From: Fistulifera solaris
Taxonomy: Eukaryota
Direction of reading: 5' to 3'
Assembly (NCBI GenBank): GCA_030295235.1
Contig: AP026136.1
Location: 124,001-188,000, forward strand
DNA: 64,000 nt
The notes under the pieces were generated by a model, which worked only from the letters and a program-made list of their open reading frames with translations, did no database searches and was not told where the DNA came from. Every line of letters begins with the position of its first letter. Position 1 is the first letter of the stretch. Shown one piece after another: positions 24,614 through 37,756 of the stretch. Made by a program: the position numbers and the translations under genes.

Positions 24614-27600
24614 CTAGTGAAATGTATTTGTCTTTGAGTTCATGTAGGTAGAGGTGAAAAGTAGGAGATTGTCGGCGTGTGATAACTTTGTTACTCCTCT
24701 ACTCCCATTCCATGTCGCGACACCTGCGCCATTCAGCACCATATACTTGTTATCCGTACGGGAGTAAAGGTCTTCGTTGATTTGTTCGAACCCCGCAGGT
24801 GCAACGTGTCGACGCTCTCGTTCATAAAGGGCGGGAAGACTAGGACGATGGGTCTTGTCTTTGCTCGTAACAGAAATACCTAGTTTCGCAGCTTTGTCGA
24901 CAAAGGAGGGACCTCTCTCGTTATCAATCAATTTCCTTCTGTCGGAGAATCGGTCTGTAGAAATAGTATCCGGAACTTTGGACAATAAGAAGATTTGGTC
25001 AGCGATCGATAGGTCAGACGCTCCATCGAAATCAGATGCATAAAGCTTCAAAGAATCCTCAGTTGTAAGATCACTTCGTCGGCATTCTTTTCTTGAATAG
25101 TCCAAAATTTCGTTGTATTGTTTTTCTGCTGCAGTTAAATGCTCCAATCCGCGATTGATGGTATCGCGTACGCCTGTAGCATATACACCACGGCGGCGAA
25201 GCTCGGTTTCGACGACCCGTGGTCCACCGCTACTACCATTGCACTATCATGTGCGTTAAATTGTTCCTGTATAGTCGTTGCAACCTCAATAGCCGAATGC
25301 ATCTTTGAAAGTCCTTCGTAGTTGCCAGAACAAATAATCTCCCCCAAATGTGAATCCTCATCCAGCTACACAACATGCAGAATAAGATCAGACGTCAATA
25401 GAGTAAAGCGCAGAAAGAAAAGCATTCGACGCACCTTGTGCATACCATACACATCATCTGAGCTCAAGCTGAAGTCATGAAGGCAACGCTCGAATTCTCG
25501 AACCTTGTCTTCGTCAAAATAGGCAGGTTTGCAGGCATCAACGTCGGATGATAGATAGTGCTGATACTGCTTTTTGCGTTGAATCAATAAATCCGTATCT
25601 TCTTGCAGAGGACTCCCTACGAATGTAGAGTCTACAATGACTCTAGTTTGCTTCGCATGATAGTTTGAGAAGCGTTTTAGCGTTGAATCAAAGCAAGGTC
25701 CGTAGCCGTGAACATTGAGGAATTCCGTAACGGATTGTCTGGCTTTGATATCCTTTGAAGATGAATTAGGAGAATTGTTTAGTTCGGGTGTTCGCGAAAC
25801 AGCGCGCAGAAGTTCTCCGCCTTCTTCTTCCTCGTTTCCGCCCTCACCGTGCTGCAAGGAATGTGAGCGCCGCACCGGAGTCGACCAAGCCTTGGAAAAG
25901 TATCGATCGTACTGGCTAAATGTCTCAGGCTGATACAGCCGATCGAACCGGGGTCTAACTTCTGTGTGAAAATCTTGGTGCGTTGAGCGCATCCACATCC
26001 TTTGCTGGATGTTACTTTGAAGAGCGTGTTTCCACCATAAAGACAAAGCTTCGTTCTGAGACTCTAAACGCTTTCGTACTAACTGCACAGTTTTCGCCTC
26101 GCCGTCTTCTTTTTCTTCGGGCAAGAATTGAAGTCCTGTCGACGCATCGATCTTGTCTCGTCCTGTAGATGCTAGTGGGCTGGTAATGCCGTCGCTACAT
26201 TCATCTCTCCACGCCACACCATAAGTGCGTTGATAAGTTCCCATTGAAGACCAACTACCGAATCCCACTTTAGAGTCGTGATTATGAAGATAATAATCTG
26301 TTTCCATCTCCCAAAGAGGTACCGCGTGACGGTAAGGAAGGTAGTATCCGAGAAATAAATTCCTGCAAGAGCAATTAGAGCGATTTTCAAAACAAGAATT
26401 CGAGCACTCCAGTGAAATGACTCACATCGCATCTTGCTTTAATCGATCTGTAAAGGCATTGCTGTAGTATCTTCTGATCGATGTTAAGAGCTCTTTATGC
26501 TTTGATCATAAAATGTCGGCAGTCAGAAAAGGAAAATCGAGATCAACGCTAGAAGGAGGATATTCGGTGCCTACCTTTCCCATCGGGCCACTAATGCTTA
26601 ATTCAGGACGATCTGCAGTCACTTTCTTATGAGCCTCTGAGCCTCCGTATTGCAATGCTATATTGTCGCCGATTTCAACATACATATCAATAAGGACGCG
26701 AACGATGTTAGATGAAGGACTTAGCTTAGCTCGGGACCGGATACCCATTACAACCAACTGTTGACTTATGGCCTCAACCCCCGCGCTGAATTGCGCGACA
26801 TTTGTCCGATCTAGACAGCTGCGTAACAAGACGAATCATTAAGTAATGCATGCGGTATGCGTTAGGCTCAATAGACAGATACTCACTCGATGCAATTGGT
26901 CCGTAAGACACCGGTTTGTTCCATGGGAAAAACCACGATTCCAAACTGTTCTGCAAGACTTGTTGAATACTTGCTATCTTCCTTCGTGAAAGGCCTCAAA
27001 ACTCCATCTTTTGTAATTTTCCATTTCGGAGCTGAGCAGAAGAATCCTGTCTGGTTGACTGCCCATGTAGATACCTCATTCAATGAAGAACTCACGTCCA
27101 AGTGCCGATGTTTACTAATATGACTATAGTCGCACGCACAATATTGAATCTTATGACGGTCATCAATAGTTGCATTGATGTAGTCGACAGCCCGTCTATA
27201 CTCATCCCCTACTCGAACCTCCCGCTGCCGCTTCTCGCTTTGCTTCACCAAGTCCAAAACAATGACAGGACTGGAATATCGAACAAGGAGATCTTCAAAG
27301 TGCAGCCGCGTGGAAGTATACGTAGGATCGACTCGGTTGACTTCAATCGGTGGCTTTGGCATAGTGACGCTACTTTCTTGGGACCAGAAAGTCGGAATCG
27401 ACCCGCGCACCTGAATGTACGACGAAAACGTACCAGACGGCATTCTCGAATCATCGTGAATAATCTGTTCATGTTCGACATCATTTGCAACCTTTCCATG
27501 TTCACTCACACCACGTTTTAAGTATCGAGTTCCCGCAAAATGCCGAGATCTCCTAGCCAATAACGTTATATCCAGAATTCGACCATAATCATTGACCCTT

Positions 27601-28701
27601 CGTTGTACGAATGCCCCATGAATCATCGGATTCACCCAGTAAAAGCTAGTCATAACATCCAAACACGCCTCAAATTCACGAGTGAGAAAGAAGTTCCACA
27701 TAAACATTTCTTTGGATGGAGGTGGCGGAAGTGGTTTTGTCGTTGTCAACAAGAAATTTTCCTGCAGACTGCGGGTCAAGTCGTACGTGTACGAGAAGAA
27801 AAAATGTTTCGAAAAGTCCATGACTTGGTAAAGCCCCTGATACCGTAATTCTGCAATCTCTCGATTGGTGAGTCCCAAACCGACACTCCGCTTTCCTCGA
27901 TTCCACATGGACAAGAGAACCGATGACGGATCCGCATTATCATCTTCACGGTGAAATGCACTTTTCTCCGCCGGCTTGAGAGGGATAGTTTCTGTGTTCT
28001 ACGAATTCAGGGTTAAGAAAGTTGGATAATGGGAAAATAATACACACACACCCACTGCTCTTCGGGATCTTACCTTGATGGTGTAGATATTGTTGCCGCC
28101 AATGGAACCGACTTTGGCGCGTCGGGTGATTAGTGTCAAATAGTAACAGTCGAGAAAGCGCACAAAGCCCACAATCCCGTACGCCTTGACCACAGGTTTC
28201 AAGCCCCCAGTGTTCGCAGCATCTTCACCGGGACGGCGATCACCATGGCTCATCATCCGATTGCCATCATCAACCATATCCAACATGTCACGTATTTCTT
28301 CCTGAGAATACGTTTGAGAATCTTCGGACAAAAAAATCCGAGAGAGGTCGGAGCGTTGGCTTTGGCAAATGACTGTTATCCGCGGAAGCGGTTTCCGTAT
28401 CTCCATTGGGATCAAGTGGCGGATGTACCGTGGGTTGCGTTTGTGGGCGATCAATGAGAGTGCGATCCATTTTCAGTACGCGAAAGATACTATTTGCTTT
28501 GTTTCCTCCTATGAGATAGTAGCACTGATTCGTACTGAATAGTTCAAAGCGTTCCAGTTTCTCAAAGTAGGGGTCTAGAGAGGGCTCTTTGATTATTTCG
28601 GGTAGTTCTGACGGAGCACGGTTGCCGGTCTCCTGCGAGTGTTGCAATCGTGACGACGATTCATTTTCAGGAACAAGCGAGTATTCCGGAGTAGCATCCA
28701 T
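24614..28701 (-). CDS. FIG4: SAC-domain polyphosphoinositide phosphatase FIG4/SAC3
   Basis: Motifs AYGIVGFVRFL, ARRSRHFAGTRYLKRG, VANDVEHEQ, QVRGSIP, catalytic RTNCIDCLDRTN (spanning an intron), LQYGGS and RYYSNAFTD. Introns 27999-28073, 26819-26886, 26500-26574, 26363-26425 and 25366-25434. Indels at about 28330 and about 25149. Confidence 0.93.
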
Positions 28702-29322
28702 AGCTATTCTTTCCTCTTTATACTCTTCAAGAAAGCAGTATTTGTAAGAGCATTTCTAATAAATCTGTCCTCTTAACAGCTTTCAAATTACCCACAAGAA
28801 TCTTTGCGCTCCTCCGCATTTTTTTACTCCGTAATGAGCCTTTGCATTATTTTCTTTGGCACAGTATACTTGCGCAACAAGGTTGAGGTTTATTGGTGCA
28901 CGCGAGCCTTTCGCCCTCTCTTTGAACGGTCTTCCCGCGCCGGACGACACTCACTGAACCAGTAAACACACACGAATCAAACCGTCTTTGATCCGCGTCA
29001 TGTACACAATTTTGCAGACTGCGTTGTGGAGGGAAAACTCCGCAGAATGTTTCCAATCGTGCCACATCGTAACCCAGTGACCATTCCCATTTTTCTCTCA
29101 ACTAAGTTGAAGCACCTTTGGCACAACCGAAACCAATCTAGATCTTTTTAACAATGACTTGCAACGATCCGTATTCATTGTAGACAGGTACTACAGCAGG
29201 GAACAGCAAATTGTCCTTTGACGCTTTAACATTTTGCTAGCTCACGACATTCAATACCTAGATTGACTTTATTAACAAATAATATTCAAGCCCTCCACAA
29301 CGCTCCGATTTCAAATCAGACG

Positions 29323-30269
29323 TTAGAAAGGGTGCTGCTGTGTCGAATGAATGATTTCATCAAATTCCGTGTCGAGAAGATCCCCCTGAAACAAATCAAA
29401 GTCATGAAAGTTGGGGTCCAAAGGATCCATAGGTCGGCTACCAATCGACAAACGCCGCGTTGTATGCCGTCCAAAATGAGCTTGTGAAAAGTGGTAAGGA
29501 ACCAAAGGAGGGCTCAACGGAGGCGGGGCGGGGTAGCGAGGGGCGTGCGTCGGGAACGTGTAGGAGCCGCCGGGAAACGCCGCAGACTGATGATGCCAAG
29601 GATCAACCCGAACAGGACTGTGAAGTATAGTATCATGATAAGAAGGATATGCGAAGAAAGTGTTGGACCCCTGCGGAGAAAGTACAGAAAGACGCCTTCG
29701 CTTATGCCGATCGGGAGACTCGTGGCTTCGGGGTGTCGACGATGACCAAGAGGGAGTCACTGACTGGAGAACCGGCGTCGCTTCGTTCAATATTCCCGCT
29801 CGACGAGGCACCGAGAATGACTCGACTTCCAACGGTACGGATGCCATCCCTACCTTCTCGTTGGTTGATTCTGGTCCGTCGGAGGATCCTTCGAGCTGAG
29901 CCACCGCGTCACGAAGGACTTGGCTTGCCTTCTCTCGGGCAGTGTCTTCTCCAGCTTCTTCCCACTTTCCTGTGGCCTGATCTTTTTTTAAGAATCTGAT
30001 ACCCAAAAGTTGTGAGTTGTTAGAAAGAAATGTATCTACGATGTAACCCCAATATCGACGCACCTCGCCGGAGGATCGAGATCGCGCATTTGCTTGACAA
30101 GATTCCTCGACAAATTCGATTTCCCCTTTTTTGACGATGTATTATACTTCCTCGCCTGAACTCTCGCTAAAACCCGAAGCTTTTCATTCCCACTATGCTG
30201 ATTATTCTTGCCCCCGCGGCCTAAAAGGATGTCGTTTTCGCTGGGCTGGATGTCCTCTTTGCTTGACAT
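29323..30269 (-). CDS. DUF6824-domain protein (diatom-expanded family)
   Basis: NDILLGRGGKNNQHSGN...PPAR|FLKKD...WEE...AREKASQVLRD. Intron 29996-30063. Confidence 0.88.
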
Positions 30270-32021
30270 GACCTTGCAAAGGTACGGCTTCCTTTCCGGC
30301 ACCAACCGTTCCGATAGATCCGTGTTTCTCCCAAAAAGTGTTTGACACCCGACGTTGAATGAAAACCGTAATGATGGGCATGCATCTGCCAGATGGAGGC
30401 AAAAAAGAGCGTGTGTGAGAGTGATGAAGAGGATGTTCTGTGTCGCGGCGGTGTGTTTTGCTCGTTTTGGTGTGACCGATGGGGAGAGCGCTGCAGAAAA
30501 TGCCTCCAACTGGAGAACGAGTTCTGCGCATGCCGTCATCGCAAGGGAAAGCCAGACTGTCCAGCACAAATTTACTTAGTAACACCGGTCGACCGGCGCG
30601 GTACAGAAAGGTGCGGTTTGGTTCGTGGAGCTGCTCCAACGTGTGAATCAAGGACGAAAAAGTCATCTTTCGCAACATTCATTGCTTTTCATTATTATTT
30701 ATTCTCCTCTCAATTCTCAACGCCAGCTTTATTGAATAGAAGAAAAAACAGCTCAAACACATCCAGAAAGAGTCCGTTACAACGTATGCGACAGAGACGG
30801 TACCCTATCGATCCTTTACCCATTTAAAATGGAACGAATAAAAGCTGCAGCTGCACCTACCTTTCTTTCTATCGTGTTCGATCGTTTGTCAATTCACGCT
30901 ATCTTTCCTTTTTCAATTGAGAGAATATGATATATTTATCATTCATCAAAGGCTTTTTTTTGATGTGACGATTGAGTTCTGATGTTTACGGAGGGAAGGA
31001 AGGAAACTGTGAGTCGATCCGGAGCGCCGAAATAATCCTTGCGAGCGATTGTGTGAATCAATGGTGGACACGTAGATCTAAAGATCGTGTCTTGTAACCG
31101 TTTCGGAGACGGGGAAATGATGGGATAGCGGAAGGATGAACCAGGTCACGAAAGACGCGAAACGCGTTCTCAGGAGATTTAAAAGACCGTCCTTTTGCAA
31201 AAGCCACTGGCACTCGTTGAGGATGACCGTTGGCGCGACTGATTGAAGTTCGGTTCGATCCGTGTTCACCGCTGTCAGACAACTTGATGGAGTGCAACAA
31301 AAAGCTGGGTCCTAAGTTAGAGATGTACAGGTTCGCTACTTTAGATATCGATCAAGGTGACCTATTCCGAAGGCATATTTGGGCCTCATGAAATGCATTT
31401 GAATAGTTGTCGACGGTCAAATTATGAGCCTTATATACGTCAATGATAGCATATGGGAGGGGCTCAAGTCGTGGATTTTGAATCGAGGCGTCTTTCTCGT
31501 TATTTAAAAGTATACACAGCTCGTAGCAACTATAGCCTCGATCAAAGTCAATGATTCACTCTACTAGAGGTAGGATTCAAATAAGGAAACTTGTTGTCCG
31601 TTGCTACTACGACTCATCAGAACACCCGTGAAGATCTAGTATGCGAAGATTCGGAATTCTAAGTAAATAAAGCGCGTCATCAAATCGCTATTCCGTCATT
31701 CAAGGTCACGTTTCGCTATCCTTGGCTTTCGCGGGTAGAAAGTAGAAAGAGAAAAGTATTCACTAGCTCAAGGCTATTGAAGATGTCACTTGTGCCGTTG
31801 CAAGTACTGAAGCGAGAATATTGAAGCAAAAATGCTGTATTTCAGTCACGAGACTTTTCGTCACCGATGGCTGCCCGATCTTTATTTTTTGTTTTGTATC
31901 GCAAAACACGACATAGTATTGTGTCTTTAAATTCGTTTCCAAAGAATGTCTCCCAAATCTATCCGTTGCGCAAGATCTAAAAGTTGCGACACATCTTTCA
32001 TGGTTCGCAAGTCCACCTTGT

Positions 32022-32888
32022 TTACGAACAATTGAGGTTGTCGTCACCTTTGTTCTCTGCTCTAACGCCGGTCTCGTCTTTGCGAAAGAAAATAGGGGCG
32101 GCGGCTCTAAAATAGACACTCCCACTCGTAACCGTAATAATCATGCATGCATACAACATGAGCATGGCGGGAGAGTACAAGCTGGCGAATGCACCATTCT
32201 TTGTTTTGTCAACTAGCAAAAGCATCGTCAATGCTACCATAGTCAATGCCGTCTTGACTTTTCCTTGAAAACCTACTTGGACAGCATCTCGTTGACCACG
32301 CTGCGCCATCCACTCGCGCAATGCGGACACGGCGATTTCTCGCGCCAGAATAATTGCGGATGGCAACCCCACTATCGCTCCGTACCGTCCTGACAATAAA
32401 ATCAGTGCCGTGGAGACCATGAGTTTGTCCGCCACTGGATCCAGAAAGGCACCAAAATCACTGGTAATATCCCACCGCCGCGCGAGATAACCATCCCACC
32501 AATCCGTGATGGAGGCCATGGCAAAAAGGAAGGTTGTAGCAGTGTGTTGTTGCGGTAGATAAAACAAGAAGGCCAGTCCTGGAATAGCCAAGCACCGCAT
32601 GTACGTCAACCAATTAGGCAATCGTTCCCACGGAAATTGAGGAAACTGACGACGAATAGGACCGGGTGGTGGAGCACGACTTCCTAACTTGGATGGATGA
32701 TTGGCTAGATACAAGGGAAAGGAAATTGTCTTTGGTGTAAAATGTTTTGAGAGAGTCGGCGCCGAGCTCGGAAATATTTTAGAAGTTCCATGAGAAGTGA
32801 GTTGATTTCCTATCGCAAAGGCGTGACACGTAGGACTGAGAAACGCCATCGTCAACCAGATGTGAAAGGAGACTTGGAGGACCTTCAT
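32022..32888 (-). CDS. pgsA: CDP-diacylglycerol-glycerol-3-phosphate 3-phosphatidyltransferase (PGP synthase), plastid-targeted
   Basis: LPNWLTYMR, the CDP-alcohol phosphotransferase motif TDWWDGYLARR...GAFLDPVADK, REIAVSALREW and GKVKT. Bipartite leader CHA-FAI. Confidence 0.92.
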   Translation of the reverse strand: MKVLQVSFHIWLTMAFLSPTCHAFAIGNQLTSHGTSKIFPSSAPTLSKHFTPKTISFPLYLANHPSKLGSRAPPPGPIRRQFPQFPWERLPNWLTYMRCLAIPGLAFLFYLPQQHTATTFLFAMASITDWWDGYLARRWDITSDFGAFLDPVADKLMVSTALILLSGRYGAIVGLPSAIILAREIAVSALREWMAQRGQRDAVQVGFQGKVKTALTMVALTMLLLVDKTKNGAFASLYSPAMLMLYACMIITVTSGSVYFRAAAPIFFRKDETGVRAENKGDDNLNCS

Positions 32889-33297
32889 TCGAGAAATTGT
32901 ATTCTCACTAAATTGTTGTACTTGCTAGGTGAATCGTATTAAGAATCATCCGTGTCGTTTTTCGATTGTGTTTAGATTGCAGAGGGTTTTATGATCTTTC
33001 CGTTTGACGGCAAAATTTGATGCCACTCAATTGCGAGCCAATACTACTCTTTTTCGCTATAGTGCAGTGCTATAAGTGTAACCTTATCCTCAAAGGTCAA
33101 AAGGATCTAACGTCCGTCTGTCTGTCCATACGCTTGCCTCCTCTATGATCTTCCGCGTTGGTTCTCCGCCATTGCGAACCATCGGCGGCGGTCGACGATC
33201 GAATTGATCATGATTCATGATTTTCGGAATTGAAACTGGCATCCCCTTTCGTTGACTACAACAATCATAACTTCATTTTCATCGTTTCTATCACAAC

Positions 33298-33570
33298 ATG
33301 CATTTGATGTACTACATGGACGGCAGCGGAAAGCGCGTTTACACGCTGAAGGTACGAAGCCATACAGAACATTATCTCGAAAAATAGCAAACGAAAGTTT
33401 TTTCACTGGTTTGTTTTGCATCATTATAGAAAGAGAACCCTCAAAGCAAAGTGACGGAAAGTGCTCATCCGGCACGATTTTCACCGGATGATAAATTCAG
33501 CTCACAACGTGTGGCATGTAAAAAGCGATTCGGACTGTATCTTCCCGATCAACCACAAAAACCCTTATAA
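33298..33570 (+). CDS. NOP10: H/ACA snoRNP subunit Nop10
   Basis: Absent from the ORF track. Spliced product is [64 protein letters not shown]. Intron 33352-33429. Confidence 0.95.
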
Positions 33571-33844
33571 ACGGAATTCGAAGATTGAATCAAATAATAT
33601 TGCATCTTTATATGCAAAAAAGTACAAGGAAATGTAACAGTCATCATACACATTATTATTAAGCAATCCCAGCGCACGTATTTTTCATTACAACGACCGA
33701 CAGGACCGAATTCATTTTTGTTGCCATCCATCCATATCGCTACTGTAGTTGTATACTGCAGGCTGGCAGTTTATAATAATACTTCGTGGACATTTTCATC
33801 CTTCTCTGGGTGCCCCACGAGAAAGGACGTGTGCGGTAGCACTT

Positions 33845-34191
33845 TTATTCTCGCTTGCGCTTTTTCGCTGCTGGCTCTCCTCCTTTGCGGGCCGCCACGG
33901 CGGCTTCCATTTTCGTTTCTGCACGGCAACTTTTTGAAAGACTGGCGCCGATTTGAGCAAATTGGGCAAGACAATGAATCGAATAGAGTTTCCGCGCAAA
34001 TACATGCTCGACAATTTCGAGATTTGACCCGTTTTGGACGTACGCAGCACTTCCGATAGGCTAACATTCATTGTGTCTTCCGCTCCCAACAGTAAGCCGC
34101 GGTAAATCTCACCATTCTTCATTTCTACGGTTATTTTCATGCCTTCGGCTTCAAACAGTAATTTGACGGGGACGCCGACGTTGCTGCTCAT
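33845..34191 (-). CDS. SNRPD3: Small nuclear ribonucleoprotein Sm D3
   Basis: GVPVKLLFEAEG...GEIYRG...AEDTMN...YLRGNSIRFIVLPNLLKSAPVF. Adding one A near 33910 gives the tail KRKMEAAVAARKGGEPAAKKRKRE with stop at 33845; the uncorrected stop is at 33796. Confidence 0.92.
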
Positions 34192-35013
34192 GATGCCGAT
34201 TAAGGTGTTTGGTGTGGATCGAATATTCCGAAAACAGATGCGATCACCTGTGTATTCGTATCGAGTAAATACGTTAAGTGATGAATGAATGAATGAGTCG
34301 GGTAATGAATTAAAGGGAAATTAAAAAGAATGCTCAAAATACAGCTTTCCTGTGCACGACACACTATCTCAAAGAATCAATGAACATAAACCGCCGCGTT
34401 TTTATGCTGCTGCGTGCGTGCGGCGTGCAGTAGCAAAATTGAGAAAGCGCAAGTATCATAACGATGTGTACACTTGGTATGTGACTTAACTTGATAGCAG
34501 TCCCGTTAGTTGTCTCGTGCACCATTATAATGTTACCGCAAGCAGTTACAAAGCAACTTCGACCTAGCATTACAACTTTTCTATCTCAAAACAAGCACTT
34601 TGCTCCAGGGTTCACTGCCGAAGCTGGAGGAAATTGCAGATATTTCTTCTGTATTACTGTAGCACTTTTCACTGATTGATTCCAGTCCACCGTTTCTTTG
34701 CATTTGAACGCACAATTTACAATGATCTTTTCGCACTGTAGCGATGTCAATACTTGTTTCTTGTGAGACAAATAGTTTTTGAGGCTTCTTCATAGTCACA
34801 ACATATTCAGTTTGCCGCATGCTAATGTTTAGAGAGCGACGAGCGACAATGATAAGCTTATCTTAGCAAAAGATTAGTGAAACCAACCGCTGGATCTTTG
34901 TTGTTGCGTATATTCTCAATAATAGACACGAACTCGCCGTTGGTGACATTTGGTGATCCTAACGAAACACAACATATCAACTACAACTCTTTTACAGAAT
35001 CTTTTTCTTCTTT

Positions 35014-35569
35014 TTATTGATAATATGTGGTGTTTGATGTTGTTGCAAAATGCGACTCTTCCTCTTGCCAATCGGGTTTCAGAGAATTGAGGAGTGTCGT
35101 ACCCAAAGGTTCCAACACCTGTTTCAAGAGAGGAATCGCCGTCGAACGAACGGCGCCCAGATTGCTCAATTCGCCACACAGTATCGTGATAACCTTTTGG
35201 GAAAACCCAAGTAAGAATACATCATGCATAAACAAGTCGTTAGCGAAGGGGACGAATTTTCAAACCGAATAAGACGCAGAAACCTACCAGTGGGCCTTGA
35301 TACAAATGAATCAATGTCCCATGATCATAGATCGCCGTCGCTTGCTGTACTTTTCCTAGACCCAGTACAGGAAATTGTTTCGAAGCCGGTGCCCATACCG
35401 ATTCAATCGATGCCAGAATTTCTTCATTTAAGGGAGTGTTCAGAATACGACCCAATGGGACACCTTCCGTCGTCGACAAGAGAATGGCACGAATGTCGGC
35501 CCCGCAAGGGTGACAGCGACGGACGATTTCTTGCAAACTGCTTTGTAAGGAAGTTGGCAGCAGTGACAT
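35014..35569 (-). CDS. LAMTOR3: Ragulator subunit LAMTOR3 (MP1)-like roadblock protein
   Basis: AILLSTTEGVPL, LGLGKVQQATAIYD, PL|VITILC...NLG and LEPL match the LAMTOR3 pattern. Intron 35194-35287. Confidence 0.75.
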
Positions 35570-36143
35570 TCTGCTTCCTGTAGTATTGTTGTGTCTTCCG
35601 TCTATGGTAATCACCGAAAAGTGAGCAAAAGGGTCTTTTTTTAGCAGAAACACACTCCATTACCGTTTTTTTCTCATCCTCCTCGTTCGCCGTTTCGCTT
35701 TGCACCTCCGGGTGCTTCTTTTGCGGTCATGATTGAAATCCAGTCGTGGTGAAATTAACCTACTGTTACGTTTATGGCGCCACTAGTAAAGTATGGAGTG
35801 CACCTTATGAAAGTATTTTGACATCAAATACTGAAAATGCTCATTCAAAGAAATAAACTAGCTAGAGGTCTAGTGATTTTGTGTCCTTTTTCATTATTAC
35901 GGATCGTCAACAACGTTTGTTGCGTTTCAATACGAAAAAGGGGGCGTGTTAGTACGGCTACGACATGAGCTTGTGTTACTGAAAAGAGGCAGGCACCGAT
36001 TTTTTTGATTATTATTTTTGTCTTACACTTTGCCGAAGACTTTTTATCTGTTTGACAGTCTTTACCGGGTAGCATTTTTCCTTCTTGTCTCTTTTGAATC
36101 AATCAATTACACTTTATCCACATCATTACAATCATCTTTTCGA

Positions 36144-37632
36144 ATGGAAGGCCCCGACGAGCCGGAGGCAGCGATTCCTGGTGAAATAGAACCGGTCCAT
36201 GCCGAAGAAGACGCCGTTGCACCTGTCGAAACGACGACGAAGGATGACTCTCTTCTCACCGTCGATCAAGCCCGTGATCGTCTCGAAAGTAAATTACAGC
36301 ACTCATCCATCAGTATTGAAGACAACAAAGACGCCTTATTGTTCGATTCCATCCAACTCATTCTGAAAGATCATGATCATTTAAAAGAAAAAGTGGGCAA
36401 ACTAAAATCGCTACTGGGTCGATCGGCGAAAGCCCAACGGGAAACTAAAGTCGAAATGGATGCGACACAGAAACGATTGGATCAAGCCCTTGCAGAAGTG
36501 CAGAAATTGCAACAAAAGATGGAGAAATTATCCAATCGACCGTCTCATATGGTACGCCTTCATGTTTGTTTGCGCTCGGTTGTGACAAAAATGTGCAGCT
36601 CATCGGCTTATGGTCTATTATGATTGAATATAGGAATTACTGGCCGATTTTGAAGCCAACTTTGATCGGGCCTTACTGTCGGTGGGGTTACAACAATCGC
36701 CATCATCCGCTTCTACAGAAAATCCTGTGGAACCGAAAGAAGCTGTGGTTGATTCTTTATTAATGAAGGAAATGGCCGAAGCGAAACATCGGATTGAGAA
36801 ATTGGAAAAATTGAATGCTACATTGGCGGCACGATCGGCACAATTGGAAGTCGTATTGTCGGAACAAGTACGGCAATGTCAGGATTGGCACCAGAAAGTC
36901 ACTCATTTAGAACTCGAAAAACGCATGGCCGTTTTAGAAGCCGATACTGCCACGAAAGAATTGCAACGGAAAGTAGTGGAACTACAAGACATGCAAATGG
37001 AATTGGATTTGGTCACGAAAGCATCGGTGCGAGCGAATGCCATGGCGGCCGTAGGGGAAGAAATTCGGAAAAAAGAAAAGGCGGAACGACAGCAAATACA
37101 GCAATTGGAGGCCAAAGTACAGGCCTTGCAGGAATGGGCTTTGGCGTCGTCGGCAGCAAAATCGTTGGCACAAGAACAGGTCCGGGTATTGGAACAACAA
37201 GTGCGGGCGTTGCAGAGGAGCACCAATGGACATTCCTCCAAAGAAGAAGAACGACAACTGTTTAAAGATCACGGCTCTTTCGTTATTGGAGCAGGGGAAA
37301 TGGCGGTGCGGGTCTTTACGTTAACGTCCGAGCAGATCAAATTGGTCCGCTTGTCGGATCGCGTGGTATTACGGTGGCACTTCGATTTGACGTCGCCCGA
37401 AGCGACTTTACCCTTTCATTTGATCCGTGGCGCTTGCGAAACACCCGCCTCGCGACAGGGCGACGATTACATTATACACAATCGCATGGTCCAAGGAGGA
37501 GCCGAAGGCGAGGCCGACAATGCATTTACACATCAGAGAGCGTGCACCATTGTTTGGGACAATTCATCCTCCTGGATCCGACCCAAAACGGTCAAGTACA
37601 CAGTCGAAGCTATTGTCGTAGAAGATGACTAA
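36144..37632 (+). CDS. Coiled-coil protein with C-terminal GOLD domain
   Basis: Long heptad-rich region, then VLRWHFD...IVWDNSSSWIRPKTVKYTV (GOLD-type C-terminus). Intron 36552-36633. Confidence 0.8.
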
Positions 37633-37756
37633 AGTTTAATGCAAATCATTTTTTCTTCGTCTTGTAACGCGTGTAGTCTCTATTAATAGTATTTTAACGT
37701 TGCGATGTTGGAAATGGCTGTTCTGGTTCGTTCTTGAAGTAGGTCGTCCTATACGT

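Noticed and set aside
28850..29125. Possible snRNA, RNase P/MRP or telomerase RNA in the intergenic region upstream of FIG4
   Set aside because: No U1/U2/U6 signature, RNase P/MRP conserved region or telomere template sequence was found by eye.
31131..31170. Resemblance to SRP RNA helix 8 (GAACCAGGTC...GAAA)
   Set aside because: The conserved AGCAG strand and an Alu domain are missing.
31231..31262. tRNA-like GGTTCGATCC B-box with an upstream TGGCGC
   Set aside because: The spacing is only about 20 nt, and no cloverleaf or acceptor stem can be built.
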